Notes: generated from the sequence alone by a model not told the origin. DNA of 63,546 nt, filler included, from 6 parts of 6 records of this genome joined end to end with filler, not necessarily neighbours in it, one strand, 5' to 3'. Shown: positions 17,959-28,549, counted from the first letter of the whole stretch. Numbers and translations are program-made.

Positions 17959-20153
17959 TCCAACTTACTGATATTTGATAAGTAAATTAATTGTTCAAGC
18001 TGAAACTTGTCAGGATTATGCCTACTTCCTATTTTTGAAATATACGTTACCCCTTCGTTTAATATGTCAAAATACACTTCGTAATAATTGAGGTTATATT
18101 TTTTTCCAAGCCCCTTATTTTTATTTACGATACAAATAGTAAATGCCAAGTATTCTATTCCCTTATCTAATACAAACTCTTTAAATTGAGTTTCAACCCT
18201 GGAGTATGTTTTTTCTTCTTCACCAATTCTATCCTCAATCCAAATTTGAATGATTTTATTTGTGTAATAATCACTTACGGTAATTATGTTTTTATCATTT
18301 GAATCTTGAATTTGATAATATTCAGAATAACTTTTTCTAATTTCATTCAATTGGTTTTCAAGTTCAAGCGTTTTTTCATAATCAACTTTGAAAGAGTGCT
18401 TGTTTTTAGATTGAAAATAATAGGCGCTAGTTTGGAAAAGGAGGGTTTTTTTTGTCGGATCGAAATTGTCAGATTTATTTATTTTCCCCCTTTTAAATCG
18501 CTTTGCCGCATAAGCTGGATGCCCCATTATTCGTAAATCAACTCCAGACAACATGTCCTCAGAATTCTTTTTTTTATCGTTATGTTTTTCAATTAATTCT
18601 AAATGGAATTCATCTAAGATGTGAGAATCAACGTACTTAGATATTAAATAACTTGTGTCTAAAGTTGAAATAAAACCTTCTGTTTCTCCTATTAGCGAAT
18701 CTAAATCGATTCCAAAATCTAACGAATCAAGATCATTTTGTGAACTTAATTCTATAACATTTGAAGCATAATACTTTTGTTCTCCTGCGCTATCGACATA
18801 AGTCAATCCTTCATTTTTAGAAATCAATAAATTGTACTGATAAGAATAAATTTTTGATGATTCCTCAGATAAATCAATCAATCGTTTTTTTCGTGATTCT
18901 ATGAAACTTAGACTTAATAAATTCCAATCTACGGAGCTTATCGTGTACACAAATTTTCTAAATCTCAAGTAGTCCAAACTGTTACATTGCCCATCATAAC
19001 CGTCATAAAACTGCGTAAACGAAAAAGGTTGATATTTAACTTGACTGATTAACATCATCAACTTCATTTGCACCTGAGTCAAATAGGCGCTTTCCTCATT
19101 CGACTCTCTCAATTTTAGCACCAGATACAGGCCTTCAATAAAAGACTCTGATTCAATATATGTATTTAATAATACATACTGAGCCAGCTCTTTGGCCTGG
19201 TTAAATTTACCCGACCCAGTATATGAAACCACTTTAGAAGTATCCTCAATAAAGGATTTAATTAGATCTATTCTTTTGTTTATACTTGGATGAGTTCTTA
19301 GGCTGTCAGACTCTTCTTCATCCACGAGTTCCACATCTAGGGAGTCCCATAAATAATGTAAACTCATTCTCGTTGAATCTATGAATCCAAACAATAAATC
19401 TTTTCTAATCGGTCCATCAATTGAAGGGTTTTCTGCAAACTGTAAACTTTCCATTAGTTGAACTTCATACTTTGAACTGATCCTGTCTTTTAATAATGCA
19501 TGTGCCATTGAATCTGCCTGAAGTTCATTTTTTCTTGAAAATGAATGCACTTTGAATTTTTCTGAATCCTCGTTTAGTTCGAAATCATCCTTGTCCAAAG
19601 ACTCTATGTATGCCTCTCTAAGATAGGAGTGTTCAAGAATAACATGTGAAATCTCATGAGCTAACAAATAAAGAAGTTCCTCTTCAGAATTTAGTTTTGC
19701 CAAGGAGGCAATATTGACATATACGTTTCCAAAATCATTTGTAAAAGCATTGAAATAGGGGTAGTCAATTAAATAAACTTTAATCCTGCCCTCAACTTCT
19801 TCATCCTCAATTATCCAATCTTTAAGTTCGTTTAGGTACTTTGATATTTCGTTTCCATAAAAAATCTTGCCCGATCTATTCAATTGATCTAAAAAGTAAT
19901 TGTTTTCATACACAAAGTTTTTTTCGTCAATTTCGTTTCTTGCAGTTTTGTGAGCTTTTCTAAACTCATCATATAGATCTTTGATTCTTTCTGCAGAGTT
20001 ACTATTTAATTCTTTCGGCGCAAAATCAGAAGAATAAAAGCCCCTAACATCAGGTTCTTGTGAAAAAGAGAAAGTCACAATGAAAAAACTCAGATAAATT
20101 GTGAGTAAGGTCTCAACAGATAGTCGAGAATGAGTCTGGGTTAAAGAATGCAT
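17955..20153 (-). CDS. M48-family metallopeptidase with long C-terminal extension
   Basis: FNAF, LLAHEISHV, FSRKNELQADS and THPSINKRI. A -7 element TATATTTG lies at 20161-20168 (minus strand). Confidence 0.85.
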   Translation of the reverse strand: MHSLTQTHSRLSVETLLTIYLSFFIVTFSFSQEPDVRGFYSSDFAPKELNSNSAERIKDLYDEFRKAHKTARNEIDEKNFVYENNYFLDQLNRSGKIFYGNEISKYLNELKDWIIEDEEVEGRIKVYLIDYPYFNAFTNDFGNVYVNIASLAKLNSEEELLYLLAHEISHVILEHSYLREAYIESLDKDDFELNEDSEKFKVHSFSRKNELQADSMAHALLKDRISSKYEVQLMESLQFAENPSIDGPIRKDLLFGFIDSTRMSLHYLWDSLDVELVDEEESDSLRTHPSINKRIDLIKSFIEDTSKVVSYTGSGKFNQAKELAQYVLLNTYIESESFIEGLYLVLKLRESNEESAYLTQVQMKLMMLISQVKYQPFSFTQFYDGYDGQCNSLDYLRFRKFVYTISSVDWNLLSLSFIESRKKRLIDLSEESSKIYSYQYNLLISKNEGLTYVDSAGEQKYYASNVIELSSQNDLDSLDFGIDLDSLIGETEGFISTLDTSYLISKYVDSHILDEFHLELIEKHNDKKKNSEDMLSGVDLRIMGHPAYAAKRFKRGKINKSDNFDPTKKTLLFQTSAYYFQSKNKHSFKVDYEKTLELENQLNEIRKSYSEYYQIQDSNDKNIITVSDYYTNKIIQIWIEDRIGEEEKTYSRVETQFKEFVLDKGIEYLAFTICIVNKNKGLGKKYNLNYYEVYFDILNEGVTYISKIGSRHNPDKFQLEQLIYLSNISKLE

Positions 20154-20259
20154 TTCTCTACAAATATAAAAACATCTGGCAAGAAATTACTCATAACACT
20201 TCAGATGAATCTTTCTTAGAACAATTGTATTCATTTTCTTCTAACTATCTTTGCAAGTA

Positions 20260-23200
20260 ATGACCGTTGAGGAATTCAGATTAGCCTATCAAGAGACTGA
20301 AAAAGTCAGGGATATCTGCGCCCAGTTGGCTTATGACGAGGTCAAAATATCCTTGAAAGGACTTGAAGGATCTGGGAATTCTGTAATCGCAGATGCAGTT
20401 ATTCAAAAATTTAAAGGTTTTCACCTCATCATTCTATCAGATAAAGAAGAAGCCGCGTTTTTTTACAATGATTTGATGCAGTTGAATAAAAACGCATCTA
20501 CCATTTTCTTTTATCCACATTCCTACAAGGTGCCATATCAGTTTGAAGAAATTGACAACGCTAATGTAGTTTCAAGGGCAGAAGTGATGGACAGAGTGAA
20601 TAGAGGTAACAATTCTGTTGTTGTGACTTATCCACGGGCATTGTTCGAAAAAGTCATTACTAAAAAGCAATTCGCAAAAAATATTCTCGAGATTAAAAGA
20701 GGTGTTGAATATTCAATTGACTTCATCAATGAATTATTAATTGAACATGATTTCGAAAAAGTAGACTTTGTGTACGAGCCTGGTCAGTTTGCCGTAAGAG
20801 GTGGAATTGTAGATGTGTTTTCATTTTCGAATGATGAACCTTATCGGGTAGAGTTTTTTGGAGATGAAGTAGAATCGATTCGAACTTTTAATCCGGTTAA
20901 TCAACTTTCAATTAAAACCCTTTCGCGATTTACCGTTGTTCCTAATGTGCAGCTGTTTAAATCTGAAGAGTCGCGTGAAACATTTTTAGAATTCGTTCCT
21001 AATAAAACTGTGATTTGGACAAAAGACTTTAAAAATGTTCAAGGAACACTTGAAGAGGAATATAAAAAGGCCGTTGAAATATTTGAAAACTTACCAGAAT
21101 CTCCTGTAAAACACAGTGCTCCTATTGAATTGTATTTTGAGAAAAATCAATTTTCTAATCAAATTAGTTCGTTTAGAGTAATTGAATTTGGGAGTAAAGA
21201 TTATTTTCAAAAAGGGGATACGGCATCAGAGTCAAAGTATTCGTTTGATCAGAAAATGCAACCAGCATTCAATAAAAACTTTGAAATGCTGATTAATGAT
21301 TTCAAAGAAAAAGAAGCTGCCCGATTCACGAATATGATCGTTTCATCTCAAGCCAAGCAAATTGAGCGGATCTACTCTATTTTTGATGACATGAAATCAA
21401 GTGTCACATTCGTGACCTTAAACTTTGCCCTAACTGAAGGCTTTGTAGACAATGAAATGCGTTTCACCTGTTATACTGATCACCAAATATTTGAACGTTA
21501 TCATAGATTTAGATTAAAAGAAGGCTATCGAAAAAATCAGCAAGCTCTTACCTTAAAAGAGATTTATAATCTTCAAAAAGGAGACTATGTTACGCACATT
21601 GATCATGGTATTGGCCGCTTTTCTGGTCTTGAACTGATAGATGTAAACGGGAAACCGCAAGAAGCTATTCGTTTGGTGTATAAGGATAATGATGTGTTAT
21701 ATGTATCAATACATTCATTACACCGCATTTCAAAATATACCGGTAAAGATGGAACGAAACCAACCATGCATAAAATTGGTTCACCCGCCTGGAATAAAAC
21801 CAAGCAAAAAACCAAAGGCAAAATCAAAGAAATTGCCTTTGATTTAATCAAACTGTATGCAAAGAGAAAACAAGAATCAGGTTTTGCGTTTTCTCCTGAT
21901 AACTACCTGCAAAATGAATTAGAGGCCTCATTTGTTTATGAAGATACACCTGATCAGCTAAAGGCAACCATTGCAGTTAAAAAAGACATGGAAGCACAGG
22001 CACCAATGGACCGTTTAATTTGCGGAGATGTTGGTTTTGGAAAAACTGAAATAGCCATTAGAGCTGCCTTTAAGGCAGTTTGTGATTCAAAGCAAGTTGC
22101 CATCTTAGTACCAACAACTATCCTCTCATTACAACATTATAAAACGTTTAAAAAACGATTGGAAGGATTTCCTTGTACAGTTGATTACGTAAACAGATTC
22201 AAGAGCCAGAAGCAGATTACAGAGTCGTTAAAAAATTTAGCCGCAGGAAAGACAGATATTATTATAGGTACACACAAATTGGTTTCTGACAAAGTCAAAT
22301 TTCATGATTTAGGACTCATGATCATTGATGAAGAACAAAAATTTGGAGTAGGAGTTAAAGACAAATTAAAATTATTTAAAGCTTCAGTTGATACGCTCAC
22401 ACTCACTGCAACACCAATTCCGAGAACATTACAGTTTTCTTTAATGGGAGCAAGAGATTTATCTATCATCAATACGCCACCACCAAATCGTCAACCTGTT
22501 GATACTGAAATCATAGGTTTAAATGAAGAAATCATTCGAGATTCAATCTCTTACGAAATTCAAAGAGGTGGACAGGTATACTTTGTTCACAATCGCGTGC
22601 AGAACATACATGAAGTTGCAGGTATGATTCAACGCCTGTGCCCAGGAGTAAGAATCGCGGTTGGTCACGGTCAAATGGATGGAAAAAAATTAGAAGAATT
22701 GATGGTGGCCTTCATGGATGGCCAATATGATGTATTAGTAGCTACAACTATTATAGAATCTGGAATTGACGTGCCTAATGCCAATACGATTATCATCAAT
22801 CAAGCTCAAAATTTTGGATTGAGTGATTTGCATCAAATGCGAGGCCGTGTAGGGAGATCGAATAGAAAAGCCTTTTGCTACCTGATTGCCCCTCCACTCC
22901 ATTTATTACCAAACGACTCTAGAAAAAGACTCGAAGCAGTCGCTCAATTTTCAGATTTGGGATCTGGTTTCAACATTTCAATGCGTGATTTAGATATCAG
23001 AGGTGCTGGAAATTTATTGGGTGGTGAACAGTCAGGGTTCATATCAGATATCGGATTTGAGATGTATCAAAAAATTCTAAATGAAGCGCTACAAGAATTG
23101 CGTGAGGAAGAATTTAAAGACTTGTATACCGAAGATGCATCAGTTGATGACATGGAGTTTGTGCAAGATTGTATCCTCGAAACGGATCTTGAATTGTTAA

Positions 23201-23649
23201 TTCCGGATACCTACGTCAATCAAGTTGCAGAGCGTTTGATGTTATATCAAGATTTAGACAACACCAAAAACCCTGAAGAATTAGAAATATATAAAGATGG
23301 CTTGGTTGACCGATTCGGGGAATTACCTGAAGTTGTTCAGGAACTCATTAAATCAATTGAGCTTCGTTGGATGGCGAAAAGCTTAGGCTTTGAGAAACTG
23401 GTTATCAAAAGCGGTAAAATGATTGGTTATTTTGTAGCCAAACAAACTTCTCCCTTTTATCAAAGCTCGATATTCACACAAGTCCTATCATTCATTCAAA
23501 CAAATCCTGCCGGGGTTAAGATGAATGAACGTAATGATAAATTACGACTGATTTTTGAGCGTGTCGAAGGAATATCATCTGCTCTGCGCAATTTAGATCG
23601 AATTGGGGTTAAAAGAAAAACAGAAAAATCGTTCAGTGATGAGCTTTAA
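20260..23649 (+). CDS. mfd: Transcription-repair coupling factor
   Basis: RGGIVDVF, HIDHGIG (CarD/TRCF), GDVGFGKT, DEEQKFG, TATPIPRT and QMRGRVGR. The TTG at 20251 lies inside the -7 element TATCTTTG (20246-20253), so ATG 20260 is the likelier start. Confidence 0.97.
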   Translation: MTVEEFRLAYQETEKVRDICAQLAYDEVKISLKGLEGSGNSVIADAVIQKFKGFHLIILSDKEEAAFFYNDLMQLNKNASTIFFYPHSYKVPYQFEEIDNANVVSRAEVMDRVNRGNNSVVVTYPRALFEKVITKKQFAKNILEIKRGVEYSIDFINELLIEHDFEKVDFVYEPGQFAVRGGIVDVFSFSNDEPYRVEFFGDEVESIRTFNPVNQLSIKTLSRFTVVPNVQLFKSEESRETFLEFVPNKTVIWTKDFKNVQGTLEEEYKKAVEIFENLPESPVKHSAPIELYFEKNQFSNQISSFRVIEFGSKDYFQKGDTASESKYSFDQKMQPAFNKNFEMLINDFKEKEAARFTNMIVSSQAKQIERIYSIFDDMKSSVTFVTLNFALTEGFVDNEMRFTCYTDHQIFERYHRFRLKEGYRKNQQALTLKEIYNLQKGDYVTHIDHGIGRFSGLELIDVNGKPQEAIRLVYKDNDVLYVSIHSLHRISKYTGKDGTKPTMHKIGSPAWNKTKQKTKGKIKEIAFDLIKLYAKRKQESGFAFSPDNYLQNELEASFVYEDTPDQLKATIAVKKDMEAQAPMDRLICGDVGFGKTEIAIRAAFKAVCDSKQVAILVPTTILSLQHYKTFKKRLEGFPCTVDYVNRFKSQKQITESLKNLAAGKTDIIIGTHKLVSDKVKFHDLGLMIIDEEQKFGVGVKDKLKLFKASVDTLTLTATPIPRTLQFSLMGARDLSIINTPPPNRQPVDTEIIGLNEEIIRDSISYEIQRGGQVYFVHNRVQNIHEVAGMIQRLCPGVRIAVGHGQMDGKKLEELMVAFMDGQYDVLVATTIIESGIDVPNANTIIINQAQNFGLSDLHQMRGRVGRSNRKAFCYLIAPPLHLLPNDSRKRLEAVAQFSDLGSGFNISMRDLDIRGAGNLLGGEQSGFISDIGFEMYQKILNEALQELREEEFKDLYTEDASVDDMEFVQDCILETDLELLIPDTYVNQVAERLMLYQDLDNTKNPEELEIYKDGLVDRFGELPEVVQELIKSIELRWMAKSLGFEKLVIKSGKMIGYFVAKQTSPFYQSSIFTQVLSFIQTNPAGVKMNERNDKLRLIFERVEGISSALRNLDRIGVKRKTEKSFSDEL

Positions 23650-23697
23650 TTTGCTTTCTACTTAGAAATCAATAGCTTTATTTAAAAATCGGTAATC

Positions 23698-24822
23698 ATG
23701 AAAACATTTTTTTCCTTATCATTTTGTTTGATTCTATGTGCGAATGTAATTGCTCAACAAACTATTACCGCTTCAATCACACATGACGGTGGACAACGAG
23801 ATTACATTTTATATGTTCCAGCTTCATATGATGGTTCCACGGCCTTCCCATTATTGTTATGTTTTCATGGATATACCAGTTCTAACAATGTAATCATGGC
23901 ATATAGTGGTTTTAACGCAATTGCCGATACCGCGAATTTTATAGCTGCTTATCCTCAAGGAACAGACTTAAGTGGATCAAGTCATTGGAATGTTGGAGGA
24001 TGGACTGTTGGAAGTACTGCAGATGATGTAGGGTTTGTAGATGCTTTAATTGATACGATTCAATCAGGATACAATATTAACGCTGACAGAATATATAGTA
24101 CAGGAATGTCAAATGGCGGATACATGAGCTTTTTATTAGCTTGTCAGTTAAGTGACCAAATTGCGGCCATTGCGTCAATTACAGGCTCAATGACACCAGA
24201 AACTTATAATGCCTGTAATCCAACGCACCCAACTCCGGTTTTACAAATTCACGGAGACAATGACGGAACTGTACCTTACTCTGGAGCATCTTGGACTAAA
24301 TCAATTAATCAAGTTTTAGCTTATTGGTCAGGATACAATAACAACGGACAAGTTGATACTACCGCTGTTGCTGACATCAACAGTGCTGATGGCTCTACTG
24401 TTGACCAAATCAGCTATGATTATGGTGATAATTGCTCATCTGTTATCCACTATAAAGTATATGGTGGAGGTCATGATTGGCCAGGCGCATGGGGCAACAT
24501 GGACATTGATGCTTCTGCAATAGCCTGGAATTTTTTAAGCCAATTTGATATTAACGGAATTGCGGGATGTGCTGCAGGATTTGATCAAAATGTAGAACAA
24601 GAAAACTTTAGCGTTTACCCTAATCCAGCAACAGAATTTATCCGGCTGAATTTTACTGTTGAAGAAAATGTTGATTACCTGATATCTGATATGTCTGGAA
24701 GAATTGTTCAAAAAGGATTAATAGACCATAACAATCCCCAAATTGACATTTCCGAATTAGCCCCAAACAACTATATTTTAGCGGTTGCAGATAAAAAGTC
24801 AAGCTTTATAGTAGTTAAATAA
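23698..24822 (+). CDS. PHB-depolymerase/LpqC-like esterase with T9SS type A C-terminal sorting domain
   Basis: Signal peptide; FHGY, GMSNGG nucleophile elbow, IHGDND and GGGHDWP; C-terminal domain FSVYPNPA...DMSGR. Confidence 0.88.
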   Translation: MKTFFSLSFCLILCANVIAQQTITASITHDGGQRDYILYVPASYDGSTAFPLLLCFHGYTSSNNVIMAYSGFNAIADTANFIAAYPQGTDLSGSSHWNVGGWTVGSTADDVGFVDALIDTIQSGYNINADRIYSTGMSNGGYMSFLLACQLSDQIAAIASITGSMTPETYNACNPTHPTPVLQIHGDNDGTVPYSGASWTKSINQVLAYWSGYNNNGQVDTTAVADINSADGSTVDQISYDYGDNCSSVIHYKVYGGGHDWPGAWGNMDIDASAIAWNFLSQFDINGIAGCAAGFDQNVEQENFSVYPNPATEFIRLNFTVEENVDYLISDMSGRIVQKGLIDHNNPQIDISELAPNNYILAVADKKSSFIVVK

Positions 24823-24910
24823 TAGCTATCTAACCGATTTCTTAAATGGTTCAAAAAATTAAATCAGCATAAGCAGAAATTGACTAATATTGAATCAATT
24901 AACATCCTAA

Positions 24911-25861
24911 ATGCTGCAATTTTTACCTTGGATAATCCTAATCGCATACATGACCCTTCTGTTATGTATAGATTTCTTTATTTTCAATAAAAAGGGAGAA
25001 ATTCCGCCAACAAAAAAAGCAGTAAAAGAAACACTATTTTTTGTTTTTAACGGACTCGCATTTAGCGGCTTGGTTTATTGGTTCTATCGTGACGGCATGC
25101 TACCAAATGCTGACGGTCTTAGTCCCTTAAAAGCCATGTCAAATTACCTTTCAGGTTATACTATTGAATTGAGTCTCAGTGTTGACAATCTATTCGTAAT
25201 CGCATTAATTTTTTCTTCGTACAAAATCCCTAGAGTACATGAACACAAACTCTTATTTCTTGGAATTGTAGGCGCCTTTTTCTTTAGAGGATTATTAATT
25301 GGATTTGGATTGTTGTTGATTCACCAGGTTGAACAAATTACCATTCTATTTGGTGCATTCTTACTTTATACCGCCTTTAAAATGTTGAAAGAAGAGGATG
25401 AAGAGGAAGTTAAAAAGCCAAGTTGGTTGTTGCGTTTATTTAACATCAGCAAAGAATTTGATGGAGGAAAATTCAGAACTACAATAAACGGTAAACGTGT
25501 TTTCACTGCACTATTTGGTGCTTTATTAACCATTGAAATAACAGATGTACTTTTTGCCTTAGACAGTATTCCAGCCATTTTCTCAGTTACAACAGATCCC
25601 TTCATTGTGTTCAGTTCAAACATCTTTGCGATAATGGGGTTGAGATCTATGTATTTCTTTTTAGCCAATATGTTAGACAAGTTCTCTTATTTAAAATACA
25701 GTGTTTTCGTCATCTTACTTTTTGTTTCTGCAAAACTGATTTTAATGCAATTTGTGCATTTTCCAGAATGGATATCACTTCCATTGATTGCAACCTCACT
25801 TATTTCAGGGGTCATTTATTCCATTTATAGGATGAAAAAAGATCCACAAGAAGAAGAATAA
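24911..25861 (+). CDS. TerC/Alx family membrane protein
   Basis: ELSLSVDNLFV, EITDVLFALDSIPA and SNIFAIMGLRSMYF. Confidence 0.92.
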   Translation: MLQFLPWIILIAYMTLLLCIDFFIFNKKGEIPPTKKAVKETLFFVFNGLAFSGLVYWFYRDGMLPNADGLSPLKAMSNYLSGYTIELSLSVDNLFVIALIFSSYKIPRVHEHKLLFLGIVGAFFFRGLLIGFGLLLIHQVEQITILFGAFLLYTAFKMLKEEDEEEVKKPSWLLRLFNISKEFDGGKFRTTINGKRVFTALFGALLTIEITDVLFALDSIPAIFSVTTDPFIVFSSNIFAIMGLRSMYFFLANMLDKFSYLKYSVFVILLFVSAKLILMQFVHFPEWISLPLIATSLISGVIYSIYRMKKDPQEEE

Positions 25862-25882
25862 ACTTAAGCCGAGTATCGGTAA

Positions 25883-26011
25883 ATGTCTCAAGAATTCTGG
25901 CACAAAATGGGTGGCCCAATGGGCTTTCTCTCTGGTATGATGAAGGGAAAAATGACCAAGATGTTGAACAACGGTATGGATGGATTGGATAAATATTTAA
26001 CTCATAACTAA
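25883..26011 (+). pseudogene. 42-aa ORF, probable 3' remnant of an SRPBCC/polyketide-cyclase-like gene or a small peptide
   Basis: MSQEFWHKMGGPMGFLSGMMKGKMTKMLNNGMDGLDKYLTHN*; its stop overlaps the tfoX ATG (TAATG). Confidence 0.45.
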
Positions 26012-26337
26012 TGGCGGTAAACGAAGATTACTTAACGTTTGTTCAAGACCAACTTTCAGGAACAGATCCTTTTGAAACCAAAAAAATGTTTGGCGGTATC
26101 GGTTTCTTCAGGGAAGGAATTATGTTTGGGATGATTGGAGGAGGCGTACTCAGATTAAGGGTGAATGACAACACCAAAGCCAAATACGAATCTGCTGGTA
26201 TGGAACTGCTAAAATCCAAATCTGGTAAAGGTGGAATGCCATACTATGAAGTACCTCAAAGAATACTGGAAGATAAAAAAGAATTAGCCAATTGGGCTAA
26301 TGAAGCTTTTGATGTAGCTGTTGAAGCAAAGAAGTAA
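26011..26337 (+). CDS. TfoX N-terminal domain protein
   Basis: KKMFGGIG, MFGMI, LRLRV and MPYYEVP..ILED. Confidence 0.88.
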   Translation: MAVNEDYLTFVQDQLSGTDPFETKKMFGGIGFFREGIMFGMIGGGVLRLRVNDNTKAKYESAGMELLKSKSGKGGMPYYEVPQRILEDKKELANWANEAFDVAVEAKK

Positions 26338-26350
26338 GGCATTTTTTGCC

Positions 26351-26818
26351 TTACCCCAAATAAGCTTTCAACATCCAAACTGTTTTCTCGGTTTGAGAGA
26401 TGTAATCACTCATAAGAGAGTTGGTTCCTTCATCTTCAGCTTCATCTGCCAAATTCAACAAATTACGTTCAATTTGTAATAATGATTTGAAGTTATCAAG
26501 CACATTTTGAACACCCTCTTCACCTGATGTAATGTTCTTCACTTCTTTAATTTGAGAATGTTTAATGTAATCCGAGAAGGTATGTAACGGCTTTCCTTCA
26601 AGCGTTAAAACGCGCTCAGCTATCTCATCTACCTTAATTACAGCATCATTGTATAGCTCTTCAAACTTCAAGTGCAATTCAAAAAATTCTTTACCTTTTA
26701 CGTTCCAGTGTAAACCTCTAAGGTTTTGATAAAACAATTGGTAGTTTGCCAATAATTCGTTTAATCCTTCTGCTAATTGTTTCGCTTTTTCTGTATCTAT
26801 TCCTATTGAGTTGGTCAT
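26351..26818 (-). CDS. dps: Dps family DNA starvation/stationary phase protection protein
   Basis: LRGLHWNVKG.EFFELH..FEELY, VDEIAER and EKTVWML. Confidence 0.95.
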   Translation of the reverse strand: MTNSIGIDTEKAKQLAEGLNELLANYQLFYQNLRGLHWNVKGKEFFELHLKFEELYNDAVIKVDEIAERVLTLEGKPLHTFSDYIKHSQIKEVKNITSGEEGVQNVLDNFKSLLQIERNLLNLADEAEDEGTNSLMSDYISQTEKTVWMLKAYLG

Positions 26819-26843
26819 TGTTTCTTGTTTTAGTTTTATAGTA

Positions 26844-26910
26844 CAAATTTACCATACTTAAACACATAAATCAAATTGATAATACTTATATAAACATAGA
26901 GGGTATTTAT
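26844..26910 (-). promoter_or_regulatory. dps promoter: -7 element plus OxyR-like site
   Basis: TAAATTTG (minus strand, 26844-26851). ATTG-N7-TTAT-N6-ATAG-N7-TTAT at 26875-26910 resembles the OxyR ATAG-N7-CTAT tandem. Confidence 0.45.
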
Positions 26911-26922
26911 AAACGGATCTTT

Positions 26923-27963
26923 TTACACCTTTGACAGGGTAAAAGAAAAAGTAGATCCAACATCCTCCGTACTTCTAACCTTGATGCTTTGCCCATGTGC
27001 TTCAACAATATGCTTGACAATGGCAAGACCTAAACCAGAACCACCAATATTTCTTGCTCGTGATTTATCTACTCGGTAAAAGCGCTCGAACAATCTTGGA
27101 AGATGTTTTTCATTAATACCTAACCCATTATCTGCTACCTCAACGAGAATTTGACTTTTATCCAATTCATGAAAACGAACAATCGTCTTTCCGCCATCTG
27201 TTCCGTAAGAAATTGAATTTGATATTAAATTCGTAATCACCTGAGATATTTTGCCCATGTCGGCCTTGACCTTAATTGGATCAAAACTTTCTGAAAACTC
27301 AAAAGTAATGCCCTTTTCCTCTGCTCTTTTCTCCAATTCTCCAAAAATCTTTTTAGTCAATCCAACAATATCAAACACACTTAATTTGAGCGAATAACGG
27401 TCGAATTCATATTTAGAAATTTCATCTAAATCTTCCAAAATTGCAGATATTCTATCCACCCCATTCAATGCTCTTTCAAGAAACTCCCGATTTACATTAT
27501 CATCTTCTAAGCCCCCTTCAAGCAAAGTAAGTACGTACCCTTGAATGCTAAACACAGGTGTTTTCAATTCATGCGCCAAATTGCCTAGAAACTCACGTCT
27601 AAATTCTTCCTGTGCCTTTAATTCAGCAATTTTTTCTGATTGAACAGATGCCCATTTTTTAGTATCCAATTCCAATTTTGAAAACACATCTTGATTGATG
27701 GAGGTTGTTATTTCTTCATCAGCAAATTTCTTGCTTGAAATCAATCTATACAATGTTCGGATTCGCTCTCCCAAATAGCTTTGAAAAATATAGCCAAAGA
27801 CCGCAAAAGACAACATTGATGCACCCAGCGGAATTAGAATAAATGACAGTATGCTGAATTGCTTTGCATCAAATACCCAAAGTAAAATCATGAGTACAAG
27901 AACCAACAAGCCCAAAAGAAAACTGCCAGAAATAATTGCTTGTATGGGCTTGTTTATTTTCAT
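26923..27963 (-). CDS. Sensor histidine kinase (PhoR/RprX-like)
   Basis: Two N-terminal TM segments; H-box FLGNLAHELKTP; NLISNSISY, VADNGLGI, FERFYRVD and GGSGLGLAIV. Confidence 0.92.
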   Translation of the reverse strand: MKINKPIQAIISGSFLLGLLVLVLMILLWVFDAKQFSILSFILIPLGASMLSFAVFGYIFQSYLGERIRTLYRLISSKKFADEEITTSINQDVFSKLELDTKKWASVQSEKIAELKAQEEFRREFLGNLAHELKTPVFSIQGYVLTLLEGGLEDDNVNREFLERALNGVDRISAILEDLDEISKYEFDRYSLKLSVFDIVGLTKKIFGELEKRAEEKGITFEFSESFDPIKVKADMGKISQVITNLISNSISYGTDGGKTIVRFHELDKSQILVEVADNGLGINEKHLPRLFERFYRVDKSRARNIGGSGLGLAIVKHIVEAHGQSIKVRSTEDVGSTFSFTLSKV

Positions 27964-27964
27964 G

Positions 27965-28549
27965 TTAGTCTAAACTATCAAGTGTGCCTGCCCATTTCAT
28001 GGTTTGAAGCATGTGATCAATATCTTCTAAAACATACTCCAATGTTGGCCTTAAACTATCGTAATTGGGTTTGGCGTTAAAGTAAAGTGCTCCTCTTAAA
28101 AAATGATTGGAGCTGTCGGTCATATAAAACTGGTATGGTGAAGCCGCATTTCCAACGATTTTATACTTCATTCCAAAAGCTGTGCTGCTTTGGTTTTGAA
28201 TGGTTGCTTCTTTAATTTCATCCGCTTTGATACTGTGATCGTAGACCAATTTTCTGGAATACTCAATATTCATATTCAAATTGGTATCGATTGGAATATA
28301 AGTCAAAAACATAGAAGCATTGAAGCGTGAAATACTAATATCTTTGTTACAATTTGCCGTTGTATCGTAGATTTCAAAGTACTCAGGTATTTCAAAAGAA
28401 TAGGGGCAATTGCCCTCGTATTGAGAATAAACTCTTTCCGGAAAATCTAATCGTAAATAGCCATTAGGTTTAGGGTAAAAATCAACTTCATCACTTTGAC
28501 AAGAAAGGATGATGAACAACATCATCACCAACCAAATCGTTCTACTCAT
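27965..28549 (-). CDS. gldD: Gliding motility lipoprotein GldD
   Basis: Lipobox ILSC; YPKPNGYLRLDFP, CPYSFE, GNAASPYQFYMTDS and HFLRGALYF..PNYDSL; adjacent to gldE. Confidence 0.88.
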   Translation of the reverse strand: MSRTIWLVMMLFIILSCQSDEVDFYPKPNGYLRLDFPERVYSQYEGNCPYSFEIPEYFEIYDTTANCNKDISISRFNASMFLTYIPIDTNLNMNIEYSRKLVYDHSIKADEIKEATIQNQSSTAFGMKYKIVGNAASPYQFYMTDSSNHFLRGALYFNAKPNYDSLRPTLEYVLEDIDHMLQTMKWAGTLDSLD

